Below, in pieces: positions 46,801-58,400 of a stretch of DNA of 64,000 nucleotides. The notes beneath the pieces were generated by a model. That model was not told where the DNA came from. It searched no databases and worked only from the letters and a program-made list of their open reading frames with translations. The stretch covers positions 22,444,001 through 22,508,000 of the forward strand of contig NC_091992.1 in the NCBI RefSeq assembly GCF_044704955.1, in the 5' to 3' direction. Position 1 is the first letter of the stretch, and the number at the start of each line of letters is the position of its first letter. The DNA comes from Pristiophorus japonicus (Eukaryota). Both the position numbers and the translations under genes were made by a program.

Positions 46801-49800
46801 AATAACTTGTATTTTTAGAATGTCTTTAACATAGAAAAACGTCCCGATGCGGTGCACAAAAGTGTAATTAGACAATCAGTAGCAAGCCAAATTTTGGTCA
46901 AAGAGGTGAGTTTTAAGGAGGATCTTAAAGGACAAGTGAGAGGTGGAGAGACAGAAAGGTTTAGAGAGGGAATAACAGAGATTAGGACCTAGACAGCTGA
47001 AGGAATGGTCGCCAATGGTAGGGCACAGGGATTTCAGGAAGCATAACAGGTCAGAGTGCAAACTTCTCAGAGGGCTGGAGAAGGTAGCAGAGAAGAGGAA
47101 GGTTGAGGCCGTGAGGGATTTGAGCACGAGGATAGGAATTTAAAATCTGAGGCATTGGGGGACCAGAAGTCAATGTCAGCCAGATGACTAACGGATAATG
47201 GGTGAGTGGGACTTGGTGCGGAATAAAATATGGGCAGCAGAGTTTTGGATGAGTTGAAGTGTATGTGGTGTGGAGGATTGGAATCGTTGAGTCTGAATGT
47301 GACAAAGGCATGGAATAGGGTTTTGGCAGCAGGGGCTAAAGCATGGACCGAGGTGGAGGTAGGTAGTCTTTGTGTTTGACAGGATATGAAGTCAGAAGCT
47401 CCGCTCTAGGTCAAAACGAGGTTGCAAACCGTCTGATTCAACAGGAGACATTAGCTGATATGAGGGGTAGAATCGGTGGGACAGAAATGAAGTTTTGTAG
47501 CTGGGGTCAAAGACGATGACTTCGGTCTTGCCATCGTTTAGCTGGAGGAAATTGTGGCTCATCCAGGACTGGATATCAGGCAAGTAGCCTGACAACATAG
47601 AGGTGGTAATGGAGGGCTGGTTGTCAGCAGCATAGATTTGGAACCTGACCCCACGTCTTCAGATGATGTTCCCAAGGGGCAGAATGTTGATGAACTAGAG
47701 AGGCCCATGAATAAATCCTTGAGGTGACGGTGCAGAGGTAGGAAGATAAGACATTTCTGGAGTTGCACTGGTTACGGTTGGATAAGTAAGAGTTGAACCA
47801 AGCAAGGGCAGTCCGAATGAGCTATACAATGGAGGAGAGGCATTGGAGGAAAGTGGTGTGATTGACCATGTCAGAGGCTGGAGAAAGGTTGAGAAGGATG
47901 AGGAGGGATAATGCGCCATAGTCACAGAGGATGTCATTTGTGACTTTGATTAGGACTGTTTCAGTGCAGTAACAGAGGTGAAAACCTGATTGGAGAGATA
48001 TAAACATGCAGTTGCTGGAAAGATAGGCACAGGTTTGGGAAGTGACAACACATTTGATGCTATCAGCGAGGAAAGAGGAGTTCGAGATTTGGCAGTAGTT
48101 TACACGGACAGAGGGGTTAAGGGTGGATTTTTGAGGAGGAGGGTGATAATAGTGGATACGGCAAACTACGAGAGGAGAGAAAACAAACAACATCAACTAG
48201 CATGGGAGCCAGGTTCGGAAGTTGGGTGGTCAGCATTTTAATGGGGTCAAGAGAGCATGAGATGGGTCTCGTGGATAAGATAAGCTTGGAGAGGGCATGG
48301 GGATAGAAATTAGAAAACGATGTGCTCAGGCTAGGGCAAGGGGAAACCTTGGAGGAGGTTTGGTTTGGCGGGGAAGAACATAAGAACATAAGAATTAGGA
48401 ACAGGAGTAGGCCATCTAGCCCCTCGAGCCTGCCCCACCATTCAATGAGATCATGGCTGATCTGGTCGTGGACTCAGCTCCACTTACCCGCCCTCTCCCC
48501 GTAACCCTTAATTCCCTTATTGGTTAAAAATCTATCTATCTTTGACTTGAAAACATTCAATGAGCTAGCCTCAACTGCTTCCTTGGGCAGAGAATTCCAC
48601 AGATTCACAACCCTCTGGGAGAAGAAATTTTTTCTCAACTCGGTTTTAAATTGGCTCCTCCGTATTTTGAGGCTGTGCCCCCTAGTTCTAGTCTCCCCCA
48701 CCAATGGAAACAACCTCTCTGCCTCTATCTTGTCTATCCCTTTCATGATTTTAAATGTTTCTATAAGATCACCCCTCATCCTTCTGAACTCCAAGGAGTA
48801 AAGACCCAGTCTACTCAATCTATCATCATAAGGTAACCCCCTCATTTCTGGAATCAGCCTAGTGAATCGTCTCTGTACCCCTTCCAAAGCTAGTATATCC
48901 TTCCTTAAGTAAGGTGACCAAAACTGCACGCAGTACTCCAGGTGCGGCCTTACCAATACCTTATACAGTTGCAGCAAGACCTCCCTGCTTTTGTACTCCA
49001 TCCCTTTCGCAATGAAGGCCAACATTCCATTTGCCTTCCTGATTACCTGCTGCACCTGCAAACTAACCTTTTGGGATTCATGCACAAGGACCCCCAGGTC
49101 CCTTTGCACCACAGCATGTTGTAATTTCTCCCCATTCAAATAATATTCCCTTTTACTGTTTTTTTTCCCAAGGTGGATGACCTCACACTTTCCGACATTG
49201 TATTCCATCTGCCAAACCTTAGCCCATTCGCTTAACCTATCCAAATCTCCTTGCAGCCTCTCTGAGTCCTCTACACAACCCGCTTTCCCACTAATCTTAG
49301 TGTCATCTGCAAATTTTGTTGCACTACACTCTGTCCCCTCTTCTAGGTCATCTATGTATATTGTAAACAGTTGTGGTCCCAGCACTGATCCCTGTGGCAC
49401 ACCACTAACCACTGATTTCCAACCGGAAAAGGACCCATTTATCCCGACTCTCTGCTTTCTGTTCGCCAGCCAATTCTCTATCCATGCTAATACATTTCCT
49501 CTGACTCCGCGTACCTTTATCTTCTGCAGTAATCTTTTGTGTGGCACCTTATCGAATGCCTTTTGGAAATCTAAATACACCACATCCATCGGTACACCTC
49601 TATCCACCATGCTCATTATATCCTCAAAGAATTCCAGTAAGTTAGTTAAACATGATTTCCCTTTCATGAATCCATGCTGCATCTGCTTGATTGCACTATT
49701 CCTATCCAGATGTCCCACTATTTCTTCCTTAATGATAGTTTCAAGCATTTTCCCCACTACAGATGTTAAACTAACTGGCCTATAGTTACCTGCCTTTTGC

Positions 49801-51290
49801 CTGCCCCCTTTTTTAAACAGAGGCGTTACATTAGCTGCTCTCCAATCCGCTGGTACCTCCCCAGAGTCCAGAGAATTTTGGTAGATTATAACGAATGCAT
49901 CTGCTATAACTTCAGCCATCTCTTTTAATACCCTGGGATGTATTTCATCAAGACCAGGGGACTTGTCTACCTTCAGTCCCATTAGCCTGTCTAGCACTAC
50001 CCCCCTAGTGATAGTGATTGTCTCAAGGTCCTCCCTTCCCACATTCCTGTGGCCTGCAAATTTTGGCATTGTTCTTTTGTCTTCCACTGTGAAGACGGAA
50101 GCAAAATAATTGTTTAAGGTCTCAGCCATTTCCACATTTCCCATTATTAAATCTCCCTTCTCATCTTCTAAGGGACCAACATTTATTTTAGTCACTCTCT
50201 TCCGTTTTATATATCGGTAAAAGCTTTTACTATTTGTTTTTATGTTTTGCGCCAGTTTACTTTCGTAATCTATCTTTCCTTTCTTTATTGCTTTCTTAGT
50301 CATTCTTTGCTGTCGTTTAAAATTTTCCCAATCTTCTAGTTTCCCACTAACCTTGGCCACCTTATACGCATTGGTTTTTAATTTGATACTCTCCTTTATT
50401 TCCTAAGAGGGTGCAGTGGATGTGGCAGAGACTGCAGAATGGATGGTCTCAATCTTAGTGACTAAAAAGTCTAAGAACTCCTCATACTTATTATTGGAGG
50501 TGAGGTAGAAGAGGGTTTAAAGAGACGGTTAATAGTGGAGAAATGAAGTGGGGGTTATCTTTGTTTTTCAGGATGATCCTGGAATAATAAGTGGTTTTGG
50601 CAGAGGAGAGCAAAGCCTTAAAGTGCTTGATGTGGTCCAGTCAGATCTGGCGATGGATAGTTAAACTAATTGTGCATCGGGGTATGCTCAAGACTGCGCC
50701 CCTTGGACTTAAGGGAGGGAAAATGGAGAAACCATCAGGCTGGGAAAGAGCAAGGGGACAAGGGCATAAAAGGTAGAGGTGAAGAAGTGGTTCAGCAGAT
50801 TAACTGCAGAAGTATCGTGGCAAATGGAGGACCAAAGGGTAGAGAGTTGGGAATTTGAAAGTGCAGATGCAAGTGACTTGGAGGAGAATTTTTTCCTGAG
50901 GCGGGTGCAGAAAGAGGATGTGAGTGGTGAGGGATTCAAGGAAGTGGTCATAGATGGCCTTCTCTGTGATTGCGATGATGGGAGTAGAGAAACCATGTGC
51001 AATGGCAAGGTTGAGAGGGTGGCTATGAATATGAGGAGAGTTTATGTGGAGGATGAGCTTAAGGAAGTACAGGAGGTCAGTGAGAGAGCAAGACGAGTTT
51101 AGTTGGAAATCGAAATCACCAAGGATGAAGTTGCTTAGTGCAGAGGCTGAGAGAGGAAACTCAGTGTGATACTTGAATAAGGATTTTAAAGGAGAGGCAA
51201 AAGTGGTGGAATAAGATGAGGTGCTCAAAGGGGGAGAATGTGCCAGAGGAGTAGAGGTAGAAACCAATGTATGATTTGGTGATAAGGGTC
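46801..51290 (-). mobile_element. Degenerate L2-clade LINE split by a CR1
   Basis: LLILLNLSPASDMVNH (LDLSAAFD-like), WMSHNFLQLNDGKTE and LGDFDF fragments; L2-type tail at 46801. Confidence 0.8.
48378..50404 (-). mobile_element. CR1 LINE of a second subfamily, 5'-truncated, 628-aa open RT frame
   Basis: ORF 48474-50360; (TTCTTATG)n tail; TSD AAGA. Confidence 0.92.
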
Positions 51291-51397
51291 ATACCACACT
51301 TATAAATCTTGACCGTTTGGAGGGGGAGAAAAATGCGAGAGAGAAACTGATACTAGTGGAATTGTAAATTGTAACCCAGTGAGGGGTCAACCGGGGA

Positions 51398-51695
51398 CAG
51401 GGCTGGATTAAAGCACAGGCCCAGGGGTCCCAACCAAAGATGGGGCTTCTGGTAAAACTCACCAGACACAGAAAAACAGCATGCAACCGCTGGATCAAAA
51501 TATTCTCGCCTTTAAAAATACTGTCAAGGCGCGGGGGAGGGAGTGAGGCACGTTGGCTGATTTCGTTACAATATAAATACTGATACTTGCTGTTGCAGTT
51601 CACGTGTATGTTTTAATGGATTGGGGGCGGGTGCTATGTGAAAGGGGTCCGAAATGTTTGTGTTCAGGCCCCCAGGAATTCTTAATCCAGCTCTG
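51398..51695. mobile_element. hAT-type MITE
   Basis: TIRs cagggctggattaa / ttaatccagctctg; 8-bp TSD accgggga / accaggga. Confidence 0.75.
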
Positions 51696-51960
51696 ACCAG
51701 GGATGCAGGATTGATATCATTACCACTTCCACATTTAAAACATTGGTTGCAGATTTTAAATAATTAAGGCACAGAAAGTGATGCAGTCTATAATTTGTTA
51801 GTTTGAACAATACATGCTCTCCAAAGGATCGACTTGTGTTCTTGCTAAACGGAAAACTTTTGATGACACTTGCAGCATAAATGAAACAAAAGCCGTACAA
51901 AGCTGTCTACCAGGTCAGCTCTTTGTTTTCGGCTACACTTGCGTCTACTGTAGACTGTAG

Positions 51961-52195
51961 TTTTTGCTGATCTGTGTGATGTGGCAAAGAGAAACAAAGC
52001 AAAGAGCTGCTGTCAGCTTCTGCTGCTTCAGTGCAATGCAGTTTTGTTTTGTTTACCCCTTTATGATCTAACCTGGTTCAAAAGAAAAAAAAAGGCAACA
52101 AGCAAATCCATTGGGTATATAAATAGGATGAGCTGAGGTTTAAACATCACTTTCCATATTTTTTCTTGTCTGGCAAAAGACTGAGCTGTTTTTAG
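51961..52195 (+). promoter_or_regulatory. crybb1l: Proximal promoter, TATA box and non-coding exon 1 of the beta-crystallin B1-like gene
   Basis: TATATAAATA 52116-52125; donor AG|GTGAG at 52196; upstream AT-flanked Maf half-site TTTTTGCTGA (51961), MARE-like TGCTGCTTCAGTG (52021) and Sox-like AACAAAG, as expected for lens promoters (motif match only). Confidence 0.65.
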
Positions 52196-52359
52196 GTGAG
52201 CCATTGGAATACTTTCAAAGGGTTAAACGTATCATCTGGTGTAAAAACTTCATAAAATATGGAAATTAGGGGAAAAAACAAGTTAATGTATGAAATGTAT
52301 TTAGCATCCAAATCAAATAAATTTGTAATATCTTGATTATTATTTTAGCAGTGGCCACA

Positions 52360-52425
52360 ATGTCTCACAGTGGAACTCAGGGTAGCATTGGAAGCCATTC
52401 TGCTTCAGGTCTTCGCAGTAACAGG
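52360..52425 (+). CDS. crybb1l: Beta-crystallin B1-like, coding part of exon 2
   Basis: gccacaATG; [22 protein letters not shown]; donor GTAGGT; tandem tagcag acceptor. Confidence 0.85.
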
Positions 52426-55400
52426 GTAGGTGTATTGGTGTGTTTCGATTTAAATGTTATTAATACTCTATTATTAATATTAGTGTAGGTACAGAGTGCA
52501 GATTAGTGCAAATGAGCATTTACTGCCGTTCCTCGTTATAGAAGCATCTTAACGTGAACTAACTTGTGGGTGGTGAAGAGAAAGTTGGCTTCAGGTGTGA
52601 CCCAGTGCCAGTCCACTTATTGACTGAGTCTACATGGCATGCACAATGGAGTCTTGTAATCATTAAACATTATTATAGTGAAGTACTCTATATTGTACTT
52701 ATTTTGTTTTACTCAGGAAACATTGCAGTATTCATTTGCCTAGGATAATTTTAGCAGACTTGCATTTTCCTGCAAATAATACTAACAGTTTGAAAAGGGT
52801 ACAGGGTGAAATATAATATCCTCGATATTTTTTTATTCCCTCTCATTCCTTGAGTTATGATTGTTCAGAAAGAGCAACCCAATAGTATAGTGCTCAAGTG
52901 ATCATTCTTCATTGGTGAGCTGAGACAGCGAGCATCAGTAGGCTAATTCACCATGAAGTGCTTTGCAGACGGGACCAATCCTGTCCTCAATGATGTCCAC
53001 ACATGCGCACTTTCCAGGAGCAATCATTAGATAACCACCAGGAGTGGGAACCCTGGATAATTTCTTTCTACTCCCTTGCCCAAGGACGGAGATCTCCGCC
53101 AACTGAGCACACCATAGAGGTTGAATGTGAGACCTTCCTGCTCTGTCTGGCTCAATGCCATACAAAGCAGTCATTTACCCAGTGAACCATTATGGTTGCT
53201 GTATATGGTATGCTTATTTGAACTAATGATACAAAGTTAGGTTTTAAGTCTGTGAATTGCAATTCACCGTCAATGCTTCAATTGTATCATGGTGATTGAG
53301 GTTCATTCTTGCCTCTTTTGTTCTTAGATTATCATCTATGAGTGTGAAAACTTCCAAGGTCGCAGGGTGGACATCAACACAGAGTGTAGAAACATCTGCG
53401 ATCGGGGATTCAATAGAGTGGGGTCCATCCGTGTTGAATGTGGCCCGTAAGTGCTTTCTATAATAGTCTAATCATGTGTTCTGGAGTGCAGCTGTGTGCT
53501 AACTTTTCTCATGATGAGACTTTTAGAGTGGCAATATGCTAAACTAGTTTTTTTTTTGGTGTCCTGATTACTTGTGACTGAGCCCATATATAGTCAGTCA
53601 ATAATAAGCCAGGACGATACACATTTCCTTTAGAGTGCATTTGTGCTGCTATATGTACGGGGATCTACAGCTTCTGGAGCTCATGAAGCTCCATCCGATG
53701 TGTGACGTGTACAGCTGCAAGTGTAACTGTGTGTCACAGAATGGTGATCCTCAAATAAGGAGTGTACAACATACTTCTTATACTTAATTATTATGATGTT
53801 TTGTAATTTTGAAGATGAGATCCTTAAATTTTCATTGAACGTAAAGGGAGAGAGTTACACATAAATAAACATGAGTAATACTGAGAATTGAATATGTTAT
53901 GTCCTACTACTGGTTTCTTGATTTATACTACATTACAACAGTGACTACACTTCAGTTGCTGTAAAGCGCTTTGGGACATCCGGTGGTCATGAAAGATGCT
54001 ATATAAATGCAAGTCATTCTTTTTACAGTGGTTGCAGAGGGAGCAGGAGCCATGTGCAACCATACTGTGGTTATTTTAGACTAGCCATTGGGTGCCAGCA
54101 GGATATTTGTGCCATAGTAATAAAATTATATAGTTCTGCTTTAACTTTGTGGAACAAATCTTAAGTGCTTTATGACATTCACTCAAAGGGTTGTGAATCT
54201 TTGGAATTCTCTAGCCCATAGAGCTGTGGATGCTCAGTCGATGAGTATATTCAAGACTGAGATCAACGGATTTTTGGGCACTAAGGCAATCCAGGGATAT
54301 GGGGATAGGGCGGGAAAGTGTAGTTAATGTAGATGTTCAGCCATGACCTTATTGAATGATGGAGCAGGCGCTATGGGCTGAATGATCTGCTCCAGCTCCT
54401 ATTTCTTATATCCTAAAGACTTTGCGACATTTCAGAAGTGGTTACGACCTCATTAAAACAACACCCAGCTCTACCTCACTACCACCTCTCTCGAACCCTC
54501 CACTGATCCTGATTTGTCTCACTGCTTGTCTGAGATCCAGTACCGGATGAGCAGAAATTTCCTCCCAACTAAATATTGGGAAGACCAAAAGCACTGTCTT
54601 CAGTCCCCACCACAAACTCCATTTCCTAGCCAATGACTCCATCCTTCTTCCTGGCCACTGTCTGAGGCTGTATCAAACACGTTCATATCTCCCCCCACGC
54701 CTCCCACCGACGCCCCCCTTCCACCCCCTCTCCACCAACATAGAGTATAAGGAGGCCGGGGTCTGCGTATTCCCCCTACACAGAGCTTAAGGAAGACAGG
54801 GTCTGCTTATTCTCCCCTTGCATAGAGTGTAAGGGAAGCCCTCCCGCCCCACTCACTGCGTATTTGATCCTGAGATGAGTTTCTGACTACATGCCCTCTC
54901 CGTCCCCAAGACCCTCTACTTCCACCTCTAACATTGCCCGTCTCTGTTCAACTCAACTGCTGCTGAAACCCTCATTCATGCCTTTGTTACCTCTAGATGT
55001 GACTGTTCCAATACTAGCCTGCAAACTATTATCCACCCTCCATAAACTGGAGTTCATCCAAAACTCTGCTGCCCATATCCTAACTCACACCAAGTCCTAT
55101 TCACCCATCACCCCTATGCTTATTAACCTACATTGAATCCCAGTCCAGCACTGCCTTGATTTTAAAATTCTCATCCTTGTTTTCAAATCCCTCCACGATT
55201 TCGCCCCTCCCTATCTCTGTAACCGTCTCCAGCCCTACAAAGCTCTGAGATTTCTGTGCTCCTCCAATTCTGGCCTCTTGCGCGTCCCCAATTTTAATTG
55301 CTCTACCATTTGCGACCGTGCCTTCAGCTGCCTAGCCTCTAAGCTCTGGAACTCCCTCCCTAAACCTCTCCACCTCTTTAGCTCTCTTTCCTCCTTTAAG

Positions 55401-58400
55401 ATGCTCCTTAAAACCTATCCTAATAGTTGCATATGTGGCTCAATGTCAAATTTTGTTTGATAATGCTCTATGAAGCGCTTTAGGATGTTTTTCTACATTA
55501 AAGGTGCTATATAAATGCAAGTTTTTGTTGTAATCATGAACTCATTATGCAAAACAAAAACCATCCCATGAAATGATGAAGATATTCAAAGTTGAAGATA
55601 TAAATATAGGTGTTTCATAGATGGAATCTTCACGCATTTTGAAACTGTTTTAAAATGTCATTGTCCAAACTGCTGTATTCTTAATAACCAATGACAAGTT
55701 GCATACTTCCAATTTTGCCAGGTGAAACTTTTAAATTGCAAAATATTTTACAAAGCAGTATCCTGCTTTTTAAAGAATTAAATTAGTTTTATTTTAGCAT
55801 GTGCAAAGGGCAAACCTGATTTTGTTGCAATCATTTGTTTTTCAGGTGGGTGGGTTATGAACAGCAGAACTTCTGTGGTGAGATGTTCATGTTGGAGAAG
55901 GGAGAATATCCTCGTTGGGACTCCTGGTCCAATAGCTATCGCACTGACTGTATCATGTCTTTCAGACCTGTCAAAATGGTAAGCAGAGATTTACTGCAAG
56001 ACCTGATATTGTACTTCTGCAGTGAATTTTAGACCATGAGATATGAATGAATTTGAAATGAACTTATTGCATAAACAATGAGCATAATTTTATTTTTAAA
56101 TAACATTTTTCTATTTGAAATGGATCATCATACAATTCCTGAAAAAAATTTTAAAAATTATAATATAGTATAACATATAACTTTTGTCTTGTAGAATTAA
56201 AAAGCAGGTCTTCGAGGGTGGTAATCTCCGGTGTACTAATTGTCACGGGGACAATCTGATCAGGAACGTAAATGCAGGGCTGAAAGGGTGGTGTGGCAAG
56301 GAGGGGTTCCAGTTTCATGACACATTGGCACCAGTACAGAGACATAAAAAAGGTGTAGCGCTAGGATGGGCTGCATCTGAACCGGGCTGTGACCAAGGTT
56401 CTCGGAGAAAGGAAAAATAGGACTTGGAAAGGATTTTAAACTAGTAAACGGAGAGGGAGGGTTCAGGTGGATATAATAGTAACCTAAAGATAAGAAAAAG
56501 AGGAATGAGAGCAAAAGTCAGAGTACAAAAAGAGGTAACGGTAACAAAAAGCAGGGGTAATGAAAAATAAGTGCACATTAAATTACTTGTACAACAATGT
56601 ACAGAGCATCAGCAACAAAACCAGGGAATTGGAGACAATAATTAGAAGTGAGGAAATAGATCTAATAGGAATAATGGAAATGGCTGCAGACAGGACCGGA
56701 TTGGCAGTTAAATATTACAGGTTATAATGGCCCAGAAATCCAGGTTGGCTGCTTCCCACGGGTGATCAAGTAAAAAACTTTAAAAAGATGCACGGCAACC
56801 TGTTCCTGCTGCACCCATGCGAGTTCCCGGTCCTGAGGCCTCCACTGATTGCACGTCGGAGCGCGTGCACGTCAGGACGTGCGCAGGGCTGGAGCTGCAA
56901 TCACATGGCCATGAGCAGCCAATCAGGTAAAGTATGTTCTCATTCATAATAATGGGATCGCCGTTATTTATAGTTCCCATTATTATGAATGAGAACCCCC
57001 CCCCAGCCACACAAAACATTAATAAAAAATACACTACATATTTAACATTAATTTAAATTAAAGTTATTTATGTATTATTCAAAAAAAATATTTTTTCAAT
57101 TTAAAAAAAAAGTTTTTAAAATTATGCTTTAAAATAAATTTAACATAGTGGGCAGAGTTTTTAAAAATAAAATGTGTTTTTAAAATTTTATTATGTTTTA
57201 AGTGTGTTTTAAAACTCTTACGCCTGTAAAAGTAGGCTATGCGCCTGCTTTTATCAGGCGCAAGAGTTTTCAGGACATTTGCTGGGCAAGATATGGGTAA
57301 ATACCGCAATCTTACCCTTCCAAATGTCCTGGCTGTCGAGATATGGAAGATCTGTCAAGCTCCAGCGATGCCTTCCCGGGTCTGTGTACACACAGTACGG
57401 ACCCCGGAGGCCGGAATTTCTGCCCCATTGTATTTAGACATGATAGGGAAAGAGAAAGGGGTGGTGGGGTAGCTGTATTAATCAAAAATAATATGACAGT
57501 AGCAAGAAAGGACATAACAAAGAAAGAGTTCGGGGCTGAAATTGGTGGACATACCGCCGCGGTCTGCTGACATACTGCCCAAAATCGCAAAATTGATCAA
57601 AAAATACCTACAGACCGCCTGGCGGGAAATTCATCAGCGACATACCGCCGAGCGGTATGCATACTGTCCACCCACACGAAGCACCCTACAGACCAGCCAA
57701 AAGTCCAACATTGGTTGCATACTGTCAACAGACCACCGGAGCTGCACACCGTCTGAAAAAAGGTGGTTTTATGCCAATGTTAAGTCGGCGGAATGTAAAC
57801 TACAATGTTCCTCCTCCCCCAGCGATCTATTCCTCCCCCAGCGATCTATTTCTCTCCCCCACCCCCCCCAAAGATATAGTCCTCCCCTTCCCCCAGAGAT
57901 TGAATCCCATCCCCAGAGAGATCTAATCCTCCCCACCAGAGATCTAGTCCCCCCCCCCCCTACACCCCCCTGAAAAACGGATAAATAAATAAATAACAAT
58001 ATAAGTATTATAAATAAAAACACTGCACAAAACAATTAAAAATCTAAACGTACCTGGAGACACTTATTGCGATCCGACGTCAGCAGTCTCTGGCCTCCGG
58101 ACTGCTTTTCTCGGATCGGGGGGGAGGGGGGTGGGTGGGGCACGGGGGCTGAGGTCGATGGAAGAGCGCGCATGTGCAGAACTCGGGACCCGAAGAGTCC
58201 CGAGTCCCAGGCAACTTACGCTGCACCGCTGGAGCAGACCGTCCATCATACTCCGCTGACGCACCGCTCAGGACCGCCCGGACCAATGTTGTTAGCACTC
58301 CGCCCCAGCGGTATCGGGTGGTGAAGATCGACTGACCACCGCGAGACTGCTGAGAATTGGGCGGTCCACCAAAGTTGGGCCCTATAGAAACAGAATCCAA

